Shown: positions 18,633 to 29,630, numbered from the stretch's first letter. The stretch: 64,000 nt of DNA from an uncultured Nitrososphaerota archaeon (GCA_964408285.1 CAYOYV010000005.1:32001-96000); one strand, 5' to 3'. Notes: generated by a model not told the origin, from the letters alone. Numbers and translations: made by a program.

Positions 18633-19802
18633 TCAAAAAAGCTTCTTGGGTTTGGGAAACCTGGAGGGTGTCAATTTCGCCTCAGGAGCTGGAGGCTGAA
18701 TTTCAGTAATCTCGTATTTCATTTTTCCCAATCCGTATTTCTCGCAGAACATAGGCAACAGATATGGATCCTTGTAGGGACCATGGACTTCCTGGAAGGG
18801 ATGGAGGCGGCCATCACGTACTATCTCCAAGCTTTGTGGAACATTCTCTTGGATGAGAGGCTTGTCGGCTAGAAGATCGAGAGTTGCCTTGTCAATGGCC
18901 ACAATATCCCTAGAACCAAGAACGCCAAGATCAGGTAGTATGTTCCCGGTCGTTATGCCCCAACAATCGCACACGACTGTTATGTTGATCCCGACGTTTA
19001 TGTAAAATCGTTCCTTTTCATCGAAGAATGACAGCGTCTCCTTGGTGCTCAATGCGTTGGCCTCAGGGAATGAGGCGAAATTGACCTGATTCACCTGAAG
19101 ACAGCCCTCTTGCTTCGTGGCCTCGACGCATCTCATGCATTGGTTGCACATGTCAAAGTCTATGGAAAGGCACATCTTCTTCTCATTGTATTTGAGCGCT
19201 CCAAACGGACAAAGCTTGGTATGCGACCTTGGATTTTCGCACTTCTCGGAGAACCAGTATCTGTCGAATTGCATGACATCATGCATCTTCGATCTGGATT
19301 CACTAACAAGCATCCCGATTGCAAGATTTTTTATCGCCGCGCCGAAGCCCTCTGTGTTATGTCCCTTTACATGAGATAGATCGACTAACACGTCAGCATC
19401 CTGCAGAGTCCCGCCCAACTTTATCTCACTGATGCTCTTGTAGTTGATCTCTCGAGTCAGAAAGTAGTTCTCTCTCGGCCCAGCAACGGGGAATATCGGG
19501 CAACCGATGACCTCAGGCGTGTATCCTCTCGCAGTCGCGGCATAGAATCCTTCAATAGTATCAACTGCGAAGGGTCTTCCTCCGGCCTTCTTTATCAATC
19601 TGGCGAGTTCTCCCACGAGGAAAGGATGGACAGTAGTGAATCCCAGATGAGAGCCCAGATGCAATTTGATCATGACATTCTTGTCCTTGACAGATTCTGG
19701 GATACCCAGCTTCTGTATTGTCTCCCTGTACTTCCCGACAAAGGAGTGGTCCGGGTTTAGGGAACGGGACCTCATTGATGCAAAAAGCACTTCTGTCGTC
19801 AT
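18633..19802 (-). CDS. DUF362 domain Fe-S protein
   Basis: IKLHLG, LSHVKGH, FGAAIKNL, CPFGAL / CNQCMRC ferredoxin-like cysteines, CDCW and SRDIVAID. Confidence 0.85.
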   Translation of the reverse strand: MTTEVLFASMRSRSLNPDHSFVGKYRETIQKLGIPESVKDKNVMIKLHLGSHLGFTTVHPFLVGELARLIKKAGGRPFAVDTIEGFYAATARGYTPEVIGCPIFPVAGPRENYFLTREINYKSISEIKLGGTLQDADVLVDLSHVKGHNTEGFGAAIKNLAIGMLVSESRSKMHDVMQFDRYWFSEKCENPRSHTKLCPFGALKYNEKKMCLSIDFDMCNQCMRCVEATKQEGCLQVNQVNFASFPEANALSTKETLSFFDEKERFYINVGINITVVCDCWGITTGNILPDLGVLGSRDIVAIDKATLDLLADKPLIQENVPQSLEIVRDGRLHPFQEVHGPYKDPYLLPMFCEKYGLGKMKYEITEIQPPAPEAKLTPSRFPKPKKLF

Positions 19803-19937
19803 GTGTAGAAGGGAATGTCGGCAAATAATAATAGTTTCCGCGGAAGGAATCCCACCATAGATCTGCCGTCCCGCCTTGGGCGCGAATCATGGATCGCCAA
19901 GAGGTGTGCTCAAGCCTGCAGACAGAATGTGAGGCGA

Positions 19938-21212
19938 TCAGCGTCCATTCCACTTATTTCTCCAGATCCTCGGTTCCTGAACGCTCGAAAGTAACATAGC
20001 GCCAATGGCACTGGCAATGCAAGACAACATGAAGACGGGGGGATATCCCATGGCATCCGCTATGATTCCTCCTAGTACTGGGCCCAAAGCTGCGAAGGGA
20101 GCCCTGATCATGCCGGTCACACCATAGTACGTGGGCCTGCGCTCACTCGGAGCGAAATCCATCAGTATCGAAAAAGCTGAGACCATATATGCACTTGACG
20201 ACGCTCCTGCCAAGAGAAACACGATCAGAAATCCGGCGACGTCAACGCTGAATATACAAACTAGACTCGCGAGGAGTGAAAGCAGCCCACTCAAAAGCAA
20301 GACTGCTTTATGGCCCTTTAGATCCCCCAGATACGCCCACAGGAGATTGCTCAGGATCTGCGCAGCAGCGAAAGCTGCGGTGAACAAACCTATTGCCTGC
20401 TCTCTCAAGCTTAATACATTAATCGCATGGACCATGAAGAATGATGACGCCATACCGCCTATTCCGCTGACAAGAGTAGCCACCAAGAATCTCCGGAAAT
20501 TCGCATCTTCTCTCACTATTTGCAGCGATAGCAATCCCTCAGTTTGCAGATCAGCCCTATTCTTTTTCCCTAGGGAGCCAATCTCTTCCACCTTGCTAAA
20601 GACATAGTAGCCCGCCATCATAATCACAAATGCGGAGAGAAAGCATGCTCCGTAGCCCAAGGGAAAGGCAATATTTTGGATTAGAAGACCAGCTGCAATT
20701 CCTCCCATAACGCTTAGGGCTGATGAGGCAAAATTCGAGATTCCAAAGAAGGCGCCTCGCCTCGTCTCCGGTATAGCCTCTGCAACGATCTCGAGCCAAG
20801 CCGGAGCACCCAAACCCCCTGAGATGCTAATCACAGCATAGAGTATAAAGAAGGATGATAGTAGTAGAGGCTCCATGCTGCTAGCCTGAGCAAAGGACAA
20901 GATAGCCAGCAGAAGCCAAGGGATTCTCTCTCCCAGCGTAATCTTCATCAGATATGGCTTCTTCTTGGGAAAGGCCTCCACTTTCCTCGAGACGAATATC
21001 TGAGGGAGGTTGAATCCGAGGATCATGATTGATGAGATCATACCCACGGCCACGCTGCTCGTCGTGAGACTTGAAACGAAGACTGGCAGGATGGTGACCA
21101 TAGAAACGAAACTCATGCCGAAGCCGAAAAGCGCGAAATCACAGACCAAGAGAAGGAAATTCCTCCTGTAGTTCTGAAGCAACTTGCCATCGCCAGTCAA
21201 GCTGTCGAGCAT
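19938..21212 (-). CDS. MFS transporter
   Basis: About 12 hydrophobic segments, with IPETRRG, LGDLKGHK and APSERRPTY loop motifs. Confidence 0.88.
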   Translation of the reverse strand: MLDSLTGDGKLLQNYRRNFLLLVCDFALFGFGMSFVSMVTILPVFVSSLTTSSVAVGMISSIMILGFNLPQIFVSRKVEAFPKKKPYLMKITLGERIPWLLLAILSFAQASSMEPLLLSSFFILYAVISISGGLGAPAWLEIVAEAIPETRRGAFFGISNFASSALSVMGGIAAGLLIQNIAFPLGYGACFLSAFVIMMAGYYVFSKVEEIGSLGKKNRADLQTEGLLSLQIVREDANFRRFLVATLVSGIGGMASSFFMVHAINVLSLREQAIGLFTAAFAAAQILSNLLWAYLGDLKGHKAVLLLSGLLSLLASLVCIFSVDVAGFLIVFLLAGASSSAYMVSAFSILMDFAPSERRPTYYGVTGMIRAPFAALGPVLGGIIADAMGYPPVFMLSCIASAIGAMLLSSVQEPRIWRNKWNGR

Positions 21213-21566
21213 TGTTCGATCCTTCCGATGCGGCTAGCCATTCATTCTCTTAGATAAGGATTTGGAAAGCTCACACCGATTTGCTGGGCCATCAAGAGCA
21301 TTTCCGGTACTCGCACCCACATTCTGGGGCACCAAAGGCCCACTGGGATTGCGCTCAGACAACGCGGAGAGTCTATTGACTATATGACTGAAGTCTAGAA
21401 TCAATCGCTTCGTCTATCAGATCCTCGCGCGCGTTGGCCTTCTCGCTGGCCCAGTTCTGGCGATTCGATGCAAGGTCTCCGGCGACCGGCCTAAAACGGA
21501 TACGAGTCTCAGTTCCGGAACAGAATTGTTTTAAAGCACCCGGGATACTGGCCTTCCAATCAGAAC

Positions 21567-22313
21567 TTGAAGCACGCAGAGGCTAGTATTGTCATCAGCA
21601 GTCTGACCAAGGATTTCGGCAAACTCAGAGCCGTAGACGGACTGAGCTTCGAGGTCAACCCCGGTGAGGTCATCGGCCTGTTGGGCCCAAACGGGGCAGG
21701 GAAGACCACAACGATTAGAATCCTGAGCACGATACTGCAACCTACCGGAGGCGAAGCATTCGTCATGGGCCATAACGTTGTCTCGGAGCCTGAAAAAGTG
21801 AGAGCATCTCTTGGAATTATCTTCGAGAACACTAGCCTATACGATAGATTGACAGCAATCGAGAACCTAGAGTATTTTGCTCGCCTCTACGGAATGGGTG
21901 GTGACATGCTACGTTCCAGAATAGAAGAGCTGATCAGGGTCGTTGGACTGGCAGATAGGGCAAATGATAGGGTACACCAATTCTCAAGGGGGATGAAGCA
22001 GAGACTTGCTATAGCGAGATGCCTAGTTCACGAAGCTCCTGTCCTGATAATGGACGAACCAACCGCTGCACTGGATGTTCCGACTGCGAGAGCAATAAGG
22101 GATCTCATCAAGACGACGACTAGTGCAGAGAAAAAGGCAACAATCATCTGCACGCACAACATGCTCGAAGCCCAATATCTCTCAAGCCGAGTGGTAATCA
22201 TGAATAAGGGACGAAAAGTCGCGGAAGGAACCCCAGAGGAGTTGGAGAGGATCTCGAATACACACGGGCTTGAAGACGTCTTCCTCCAACTGATAAGGAG
22301 CGAGACCCCCTGA
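21567..22313 (+). CDS. ABC transporter ATP-binding protein (NatA/DrrA-like)
   Basis: Walker A GPNGAGKTT, signature FSRGMKQR, Walker B LIMDEPT and switch CTHN. Confidence 0.92.
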   Translation: MKHAEASIVISSLTKDFGKLRAVDGLSFEVNPGEVIGLLGPNGAGKTTTIRILSTILQPTGGEAFVMGHNVVSEPEKVRASLGIIFENTSLYDRLTAIENLEYFARLYGMGGDMLRSRIEELIRVVGLADRANDRVHQFSRGMKQRLAIARCLVHEAPVLIMDEPTAALDVPTARAIRDLIKTTTSAEKKATIICTHNMLEAQYLSSRVVIMNKGRKVAEGTPEELERISNTHGLEDVFLQLIRSETP

Positions 22314-23515
22314 TGAACCTGAGCCGGATATCTTGGATTGCATTGAAGGAATTAGTCGAAACCCTCAGGGATAGACGCGCAATGCTCAGCATGCTCATAT
22401 TTCCTCTGGTCTTTGTCCCAATCGTGGGGCAGATCTCTTTGATTGGAATGTCTCCCTCCATAGCGAAATATGCCGTAGCCGTTGTGAATCTCGATGGTGG
22501 ACCACTAAGCAATCAGATCGGGGAACTGCTCAAGATGACAAACGGAACCCAAACCACGTTCTTTGCATCCGTTCCTGCTGACCTCGAACAAGCATTGAAG
22601 AGCTCCAAATTCGATGTTGCACTGATTATGCCACAAGGCTTTTCGTCAAACATAACTCAAGGTTTGCAGTCCCAGATCACAATCGTGACGTATCCTGGCA
22701 GCACAAGATCGCTCATGGCCATGTCCATTTTCACTCAAGTGATTGATTCATTTGAGCAAGTACTCATTGCCCAAAGGCTTACTTCGCTAGGACTAAGCCC
22801 TGACATCGTGAACCCGATAGGCTTGAATGTGACATCCTTCGCAAAAGAAGGAGAGCAGCAGTTCAGTCCGCTTGGTTTCATGCAACCTTTCTTCATAGTC
22901 ATCACAGCATTCACATCTATGCTGGGCATTGGCCTCGAAAAAAGCGTAGGAGAGAAGGATAAGGGAACCCTAGAGGCCTTGCTTTCTTCGCCTGCCTCGA
23001 GGATCGAGATTCTCATGGGCAAGCTGACCTCCATGCTGCCTTTTGGGCTGCTTTCTATACTTGCAACGATAGGTGGACTTGTCATCGGAGGAGTAATAGG
23101 ATCCTCACTGGTTGGAGAAATCGGAGGTGGTGTGAGACTGTTGAGCTTTGACCCAATCTATCTGCCAATAATAGTCGTATCTATACCGATTTTCTTGGTC
23201 CAAGGAGGGGGCTTGATTCTCCTCATAGGTTTCTTCGCGAAGACCCTAAAGGAGGCGCAGACATATGCCTCAGCACCTACCCTTTTCCTCTCGGTCGGCA
23301 CAATTGTCGCGTTCTTCCTTCCCTCCTACATGGGAAGGATATTATCCCTGGTACCTCTAATGGGCATAGCCATCCTGCAGAATCTGTACATTTCAGAAGG
23401 ATTCTCCTACTTTGTAATGTCCGTGTTGTCGATTCAGATCGCATATGCCGCCTTGTTCACGACCTTGGCTGCAAGAATCGTAAACGCAGAGAGACTCCTG
23501 GCCTCCTCTTCCTAG
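22313..23515 (+). CDS. ABC-2 type permease (NatB-like)
   Basis: KELVETLRDRR, GEKDKGTLEALLSSP...ILMGK and AKTLKEAQ. Overlaps the ATPase stop codon. Confidence 0.9.
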   Translation: MNLSRISWIALKELVETLRDRRAMLSMLIFPLVFVPIVGQISLIGMSPSIAKYAVAVVNLDGGPLSNQIGELLKMTNGTQTTFFASVPADLEQALKSSKFDVALIMPQGFSSNITQGLQSQITIVTYPGSTRSLMAMSIFTQVIDSFEQVLIAQRLTSLGLSPDIVNPIGLNVTSFAKEGEQQFSPLGFMQPFFIVITAFTSMLGIGLEKSVGEKDKGTLEALLSSPASRIEILMGKLTSMLPFGLLSILATIGGLVIGGVIGSSLVGEIGGGVRLLSFDPIYLPIIVVSIPIFLVQGGGLILLIGFFAKTLKEAQTYASAPTLFLSVGTIVAFFLPSYMGRILSLVPLMGIAILQNLYISEGFSYFVMSVLSIQIAYAALFTTLAARIVNAERLLASSS

Positions 23516-23674
23516 AATACGCTGAGGAATGCGTACTTGGCAGATCGAATCATTTCAGGTCCGCGGCTGGAGCATTTGGCCGATGTGTCGCTATTGGGTA
23601 GCTAGTTAGTGGCGCGATCAAGATTCCTGTCCTGCCAACGCTTATTAACTTGGCAACAAATCATCGATTTGCAG

Positions 23675-24058
23675 ATGTCGGTAACGAATCTTGGTCGTTT
23701 GATATACACGCCCGATTCCGCAAAAGGCGAGGCGATAAGCAAGGTAGAGTCTCATACCCCAAAGATAGATGCGCCAGATGCCGTGAAGGCAGATCAACCC
23801 TTTGAGATCAAGGCGACCGTGGGACCCCATCCCAATACCGTCGAACACTCTATAAGGAGGATCGAGATATATTTCTACGAGGAAGGCAGGCCATTCAATC
23901 CAGTGTTGTTGTTCTCCTCGAACTTGACTCCCGTCGTTTCCGAGCCAAATGTGAGCTTCAAAGCAAAGTTGAGCAAGAGCGGAACGATTTACGCCTTGGA
24001 ATACTGCAACCTCCATGGGCTTTGGGAAGGGCGCAGAGAAATCAAGGTTACAGAGTGA
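23675..24058 (+). CDS. Class II superoxide reductase-like (desulfoferrodoxin ferrous-iron domain) protein
   Basis: KVESHTPKI, HPNTVEHSI and YCNLHGLW iron-ligand motifs. ATG at 23675. Confidence 0.9.
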   Translation: MSVTNLGRLIYTPDSAKGEAISKVESHTPKIDAPDAVKADQPFEIKATVGPHPNTVEHSIRRIEIYFYEEGRPFNPVLLFSSNLTPVVSEPNVSFKAKLSKSGTIYALEYCNLHGLWEGRREIKVTE

Positions 24059-24104
24059 GAATCTCCTCCAATCCGCGGCAGCTGGGGTCATTGGGTCACG
24101 AATT

Positions 24105-24284
24105 CTATTCTTCTATGGGTTCGAAGAAGTCCTTTGTTACTCCGCACACTGGGCACACCCAGGATTCTGGCAGTTCCTCGAAGGAAGTGCCAGCTTGGAT
24201 GCCTCCCTCAGGATCGCCAATGGCTGGATCATAGATATATCCGCATGCAGTGCACCTGTATTTTGTTCTCGACTTTCCTGACAC
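24105..24284 (-). CDS. Rubredoxin (59 aa; missed by ORF track)
   Basis: Manual translation from GTG 24284: [59 protein letters not shown], with two CxxCG motifs. Confidence 0.95.
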   Translation of the reverse strand: MSGKSRTKYRCTACGYIYDPAIGDPEGGIQAGTSFEELPESWVCPVCGVTKDFFEPIEE

Positions 24285-24606
24285 ATTCGATCAGCCTGCG
24301 ATTGACCTCCTCGAGCGTATTTTAAAATTTGCCAGTACAATCCATCATCACCGCAGATCAGCGGCCGTTCTGTTTGGGGCAAACGATCAGCAGAGTGCAT
24401 AATCCATGTTGTGAAATCCATCGCAGCGGTCCCAAGTACCTCGGACCATTGGTCACTGATGTACGAAGGCTAATAGTCTCTTACAGAAGCAAGTTACACC
24501 TTCTCTACTATCGGCGCGTGCCATACATCCGGAATGAAAAAAGGATTTAACTGTCAATGGGATACTCACTTCGAAATCAGTAAACGGGAAGGTGAGATTG
24601 AGTAAT

Positions 24607-26274
24607 ATGAAAGTAGCTTTGGCTCAGATCAACACAACGGTTGGGGATCTGGAGGGCAACGTTCAAAGAATAGAGCAGAGTATGGATCGAGCCACAAGCC
24701 GCGGGGCTCATGTTGTTGTCTTTCCTGAGCTAGCTGTAACCGGATATCCTCCTCAGGATCTTCTTTTCGAGAAGGAATTCATCAGAATGAACATTCAGTC
24801 ATTGAAAGTGATGACTAGGAGGCGTAGGAAGACGGTGGCAGTAATTGGTTTTGTCGATCTGGAGTCCAATCGTTTATTCAATTCTGCGGCTGTCATTGCG
24901 TATGGAAGGAATCTTGGCGTAGTACACAAGACGCTGCTGCCAACGTATGACATATTTGACGAAGCTAGGTACTTCAGTCCAGGGACAAAGCGAGAGATCA
25001 GGCCGATATCTATCCAAGCGGAGGGGAAGGAGATCAATCTGGGCGTTGAGATCTGTGAGGACCTATGGGACAAGGCCTATGACGTGAAAGTCACCGACGT
25101 GTTGGCAGCAAGGGGAGCGGACATGATAGTGAATCTCTCTGCCTCACCCTTCTACGCCGGCAAATGGAGCGAGCGCCTGAGAATCCTCAAGCGAAAAGCA
25201 ATCAGGAACGGAGTACCGATGTTCTATGCCAACCTTGTGGGCGGACAAGACGAACTCGTCTTCGATGGAGGAAGTTTGGCAGTAGATTGCCGCGGGAACC
25301 TAATTGGCGCTTCCAAACGCTTCGAGGAGGACCTGACCATAGTCGAAATCGACCCAGCAAAGGGCAGGGGAACCAGAGTCAGTCCTCCTATCCAGAGTCA
25401 GGATCAGGAGATGTTCGATGCTCTGGTACTCGGGGTGCGTGACTATTTCAGGAAGACAGGTTTCCAGAGGGCTGTCGTGGCCATGAGTGGCGGGATAGAT
25501 TCCTCGGTCAGCGCGTGCATAGCAGTGGAGGCTCTTGGAAATGCGAATGTCATAGGGGTGTGGATGCCGTCCAGATTCTCCAGTCAACAGGGTCGAATAG
25601 ACGTGCAGACGCTGGCACATAACCTGGGAATCTTCCTCATCGAATTCTCAATCGAGGGAATCGTGGACGCCTATCACAGATCGCTAGAAGAACCGTTGGA
25701 ACAGATAAGATCTCACTATGGAGTAGGCAAAGAGAACGATGATCCTGTTGCCGATGAGAATATCCAACCGAGGGTGAGGGGAAATTGCCTCATGGACATC
25801 TCAAACAGACTCAAGCAGCTCGGAATCTTGATGCTTAATACCGGCAACAAGACTGAACTTGGATTGGGCTACTGCACCCTCTATGGTGACATGGCCGGTG
25901 GTATCGGGGCATTGGGGGATGTCAGCAAATTGGAGGTCTATAGGCTCGCACATTATGTAAACTGCAAATCTGGAAAGGATTTGATACCGAGAAATGTTAT
26001 GATGAAAAGGCCATCCCCTGAGCTCAGAGAGAACCACTACGATCCTTTTGACTTCAGCATCATTAGCCCCCTCGTCGATGACATAATCGAGAAAAGGATG
26101 GGTAAGGGTGCATTGATACGGAAAGGCTACCGCAAAGAGACGGTTGACGATACATACGATAGAATAAGGAGGGCTGAATACAAGAGGAGGCAGTCAGTTC
26201 CTTCCATAAAAGTGACTCGGACTGCATTTGGGATAGGATGGAGGATGCCGATAGTGAATAAATTCAAAGTCTAG
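24607..26274 (+). CDS. nadE: Glutamine-dependent NAD+ synthetase
   Basis: N-terminal nitrilase domain (FPEL, HKTLLP, EICEDLW triad) fused to the synthetase domain (SGGIDS, ENIQPRVRG, TGNKTE, GYCTLYGD, PSPEL, EYKRRQ). Confidence 0.95.
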   Translation: MKVALAQINTTVGDLEGNVQRIEQSMDRATSRGAHVVVFPELAVTGYPPQDLLFEKEFIRMNIQSLKVMTRRRRKTVAVIGFVDLESNRLFNSAAVIAYGRNLGVVHKTLLPTYDIFDEARYFSPGTKREIRPISIQAEGKEINLGVEICEDLWDKAYDVKVTDVLAARGADMIVNLSASPFYAGKWSERLRILKRKAIRNGVPMFYANLVGGQDELVFDGGSLAVDCRGNLIGASKRFEEDLTIVEIDPAKGRGTRVSPPIQSQDQEMFDALVLGVRDYFRKTGFQRAVVAMSGGIDSSVSACIAVEALGNANVIGVWMPSRFSSQQGRIDVQTLAHNLGIFLIEFSIEGIVDAYHRSLEEPLEQIRSHYGVGKENDDPVADENIQPRVRGNCLMDISNRLKQLGILMLNTGNKTELGLGYCTLYGDMAGGIGALGDVSKLEVYRLAHYVNCKSGKDLIPRNVMMKRPSPELRENHYDPFDFSIISPLVDDIIEKRMGKGALIRKGYRKETVDDTYDRIRRAEYKRRQSVPSIKVTRTAFGIGWRMPIVNKFKV

Positions 26275-26353
26275 GCTCATTCATCTTTGTCGTGTATGCT
26301 TGGCTGGAAGTGCTAGGCATTGCACTGGGATTGGTCAAGGCTAGAGATCTATT

Positions 26354-27316
26354 CTATGGGGGATAGCCCAGTGTGTAAATGTGCCTTCCTCCCTCGGCCA
26401 GCGGGCCCTTAACGACTGAATCGATCTCCTCATGTGGCCTCTGAGTTAGCTCATCGGCAGGCGGCAGCTTCCCTGGTGGGAATTTCGTCATGATCTCGTT
26501 ATGGAGCTCAACGACGTAGTCGAGCAGCGCTTCAAGACCGAATTGTGCTTTCTCAGCCTTCGCCAAGGTTGCCTTGCCTATGCAGCCTTGGGGGTATGCA
26601 ACGACTTCGATTGGCCCGCATCCGACCTGCCCATACCAACTTATGGGTCTCTGGTACACATTCCCTGCCTTGTCTATGTGCTTCGCGGCGATGTACGCGA
26701 TTGGCTTCGTGTCGACTGCTTTTCTCATATCAATGAATTCTGGGAAAAGAGCCAGAGAGAATGATGTCTCCACTTCGTCTGCATGGACGAACTGGGTTTC
26801 GAACGGCCCCCCATGCTCACGATCCTTGACGAACCCGGGGATTGCATGATACCAATTCAGATTCACGAAAACCCCAGGCACCTGGTATCTCTTGGCGAAC
26901 TGGTGCATTGCTGATGGAATCACGTATTCTTGGCCATGGCCGTTTAAGAGCACCTGCTTCCTGAATCCAGCATTCCAGAATCCTGCCATGATGCCTCTTA
27001 TAGATGCCTTGAAGATATCATCGTCAACGAAGACCGTTCCCGGCATCCCCATATGGTGAAAAGGATGAGACCCATACCAGACTGGCATCGCAACTGTGCA
27101 TCCGGTCTTTTCAGCTACAAGTTCAGCCATCCTTGTTACGAGGTATGTATCCTCACCCGTGCACGCGTGGGGTCCATGAGCTTCAGTGCTTCCGAGAGGT
27201 ATGATTATGAGGTCATTTCTCTTAAGCCTCTCCTGTATCTGAGCGCCGGTCATGTTCTGAAAGTATATTCCGGAGGGAGACTCCATCTGACCACTCTTGG
27301 GAAACTTCCATTCCAT
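26354..27316 (-). CDS. iolN: Creatininase-family 3-dehydro-scyllo-inosose hydrolase
   Basis: GIYFQNMT, PLGSTEAHGPH...GEDT, WYGSHPFHH, NGHGQE and HADEVETS, in an inositol gene context. Start is ATG 27316 or 27352. Confidence 0.85.
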   Translation of the reverse strand: MEWKFPKSGQMESPSGIYFQNMTGAQIQERLKRNDLIIIPLGSTEAHGPHACTGEDTYLVTRMAELVAEKTGCTVAMPVWYGSHPFHHMGMPGTVFVDDDIFKASIRGIMAGFWNAGFRKQVLLNGHGQEYVIPSAMHQFAKRYQVPGVFVNLNWYHAIPGFVKDREHGGPFETQFVHADEVETSFSLALFPEFIDMRKAVDTKPIAYIAAKHIDKAGNVYQRPISWYGQVGCGPIEVVAYPQGCIGKATLAKAEKAQFGLEALLDYVVELHNEIMTKFPPGKLPPADELTQRPHEEIDSVVKGPLAEGGRHIYTLGYPP

Positions 27317-27438
27317 GTTTCCTTGAGATAGATCGAACGATGATTTAAGCATGACTTGGCTCTCTAGCTTGACTTATTCGTGAGATTCGATGCCATTTTC
27401 CCCGAAGCGATTCTGATTGGCAAGAGATGTTTTTGGGC

Positions 27439-28248
27439 TTAGAGATATGTCTTATGCACCATGGACCTGAGGAATCGGATTGTCTCGGCAAGGACAACCT
27501 CAGAGCAAGGCGCTTGAAGGATCTCAGCGGAAAGGTACTGGTCATATCGGACCCTATTCAATGCCCTGAGTAACTGGAGGAACGGGATGTGTCCCTTGCC
27601 TGGGGCATTTCTATTGCTATCTGCTATGTGGACATGCTTGAGAAGATTGCCCGCCATAGCTATCGCCCCAGGCATCGATGGTTCCTCTATGTTCATATGA
27701 AACGAATCGAGTAGGATGCCCACATCTCTGAGCTCATTTTTCCTGATGAATGAAGCGGCTTCCGCTGCAGTGTTAAGGAACGGACTTTCATATCTGTTCA
27801 TCGGTTCCAGCACTGCCCTCAATCCCTTCAATTGCTGCAAGGATTTCCCCAGCGCCCTTTGGCTAGAAGCTTTGCCAGGCTGGCCCTTGATGGAACCTAC
27901 TATGACAGGACAATCGAAAGCTTCCGCCAATTTGGAGAAATTCAAAACACGAGCGACAGCTTTCTGCCTTATCGATTCAGATGGAGAACTCAACGAAAGG
28001 CCCTCCATAGCAGCTAGGCCGGTTCCTATTGCAGCTAGAGTCATTTCATATCTTGAGACTAAGCTTTCAAGAATCCTGGGATTGGCATCATCACTTCGCC
28101 TAAGCAGCAACTCGAATCCATTGTATCCCAATCTACTTAGCACCCGAACAGTAGTTTCCAGTGACCCGCAGAACGAGAATGGTACATGGGCGACGGGGCA
28201 TACAGACGCAGAAACCTTTGGGCCAGATGAAGGAGCGCGCTCTCTCAT
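27439..28248 (-). CDS. iolO: Sugar isomerase/epimerase TIM barrel, likely 5-keto-L-gluconate epimerase
   Basis: IGTG, LEPMNRYE, LLDSFHMNIEE, HVHIADSNRNAPGKGH and SAEIL. Lies between iolN and iolM. Confidence 0.72.
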   Translation of the reverse strand: MRERAPSSGPKVSASVCPVAHVPFSFCGSLETTVRVLSRLGYNGFELLLRRSDDANPRILESLVSRYEMTLAAIGTGLAAMEGLSLSSPSESIRQKAVARVLNFSKLAEAFDCPVIVGSIKGQPGKASSQRALGKSLQQLKGLRAVLEPMNRYESPFLNTAAEAASFIRKNELRDVGILLDSFHMNIEEPSMPGAIAMAGNLLKHVHIADSNRNAPGKGHIPFLQLLRALNRVRYDQYLSAEILQAPCSEVVLAETIRFLRSMVHKTYL

Positions 28249-28368
28249 TTGGTGACTTCCTCTGTCCGCGATATATATCTTCTACATCAGATTGGCTTCA
28301 GTCTTGGAGCTGGAGCATATCAAAGACTTATATGTGATATAGCTCGATCTGTCTATTGCAGTAGGAGA

Positions 28369-29553
28369 ATGACCTCAGATACCAAAATGCATGCTGCTCT
28401 TTTGGAGGCCAGATGGGAACCGAGGTCGAGCTACAAGCTCTCAGAAGACGAAATAGCCACTCATCGCACATATTTCGGGGCTCAGACCTGGAGAGATCCT
28501 AGGCTGGTTCTAAGGGATGTTCGGAAGCCAGAGATCCGGTCGAAGGATGTTCTGCTTAGGGTAAGAGCGACAGGTATCTGCGGGAGCGATGTCCATATGG
28601 TCGAAAAGGACGGCGATGGTTACATGCTATATCCCGGGCTGACCAAGCTCCCGGTGATACCAGGTCATGAGGTCTCAGGTGAGATTGTTGAGGTCGGAGC
28701 CGATGTCAGGACTCTCAAGATCGGAGATTCGGTGACGTGTGAGGAGATGTGGTGGTGTGGGGAATGTGATGCTTGCCGCACCGACAATCTGAATCAATGC
28801 CATAATCTTGAGGAAATGGGATTTACAGCCAACGGTGGCTTTGCCGAATTCCTGGCTGTCAACCACAAATACTGTTGGAAGGCTAACGACCTGGTGGAGG
28901 TCTATGGCTCGGATGATTTGTTCGAGGCCGCCGCCACCACGGAGCCCTCTGCTGTTGCCTACAACGCCATTTTCAATAGAGCAGGAGGTTTCAAGCCCGG
29001 CGCCTATGTGGTGATATGGGGTGCTGGGCCAATAGGGCTGGCATCTCTCGCTCTCTGCAAAGCTGCGGGGTCAGGGAGGTTGACTGTCTTCGAGACCAGC
29101 CCAAATAGAAGGTCAATGGCCATGGCGATGGGGGCAGATGACGTTTTCGATCCTATCGAGCTTTCGAAGCGAGGGGTAGAACCTTTCGAGAGGATCTTGG
29201 ATGTATCCGGTGGCTCGGGGGCTGACTTCATGGTCGAGGCAGCTGGAGCCCCAACTTCGACGTTGCCGCAGATGAACAAGGCTCTGGCAATCGGCGCTAA
29301 AATAGCTTGGATAGGCCGTGCAAACGTCGAATCTTCGATATTCGTCGAGCTATTCCAGACTCATGCCTCACAGCTATTTGGTTCCCAGGGACACTCCGGA
29401 TATGGGACGTTCAGAAATGTCTTGAGATTGATGGCTGCGGGCAGGATAGACATGAGGAAGATGATAACGTCGAGGATAACGATCGATGAGATTCCAGCAT
29501 ACATAGAGAGACTCATTAAGAAGGAAGAAGTGAAGGTCATGGTAAAACCATAG
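28369..29553 (+). CDS. iolM: Zn-dependent (MDR) scyllo-inosose 3-dehydrogenase
   Basis: GICGSDVHM, GYMLYPGLTKLPVIPGHE, EEMWWCGECDAC...C, GAGPIG and GSQGHSGYGTF. Confidence 0.85.
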   Translation: MTSDTKMHAALLEARWEPRSSYKLSEDEIATHRTYFGAQTWRDPRLVLRDVRKPEIRSKDVLLRVRATGICGSDVHMVEKDGDGYMLYPGLTKLPVIPGHEVSGEIVEVGADVRTLKIGDSVTCEEMWWCGECDACRTDNLNQCHNLEEMGFTANGGFAEFLAVNHKYCWKANDLVEVYGSDDLFEAAATTEPSAVAYNAIFNRAGGFKPGAYVVIWGAGPIGLASLALCKAAGSGRLTVFETSPNRRSMAMAMGADDVFDPIELSKRGVEPFERILDVSGGSGADFMVEAAGAPTSTLPQMNKALAIGAKIAWIGRANVESSIFVELFQTHASQLFGSQGHSGYGTFRNVLRLMAAGRIDMRKMITSRITIDEIPAYIERLIKKEEVKVMVKP

Positions 29554-29630
29554 CAGCAAGCCATGCATCGTGACGTCCTACGATCTGGCTCTTGGTGGCT
29601 CAAGCATTCTTCGATATCTTGCCTCTCGAG

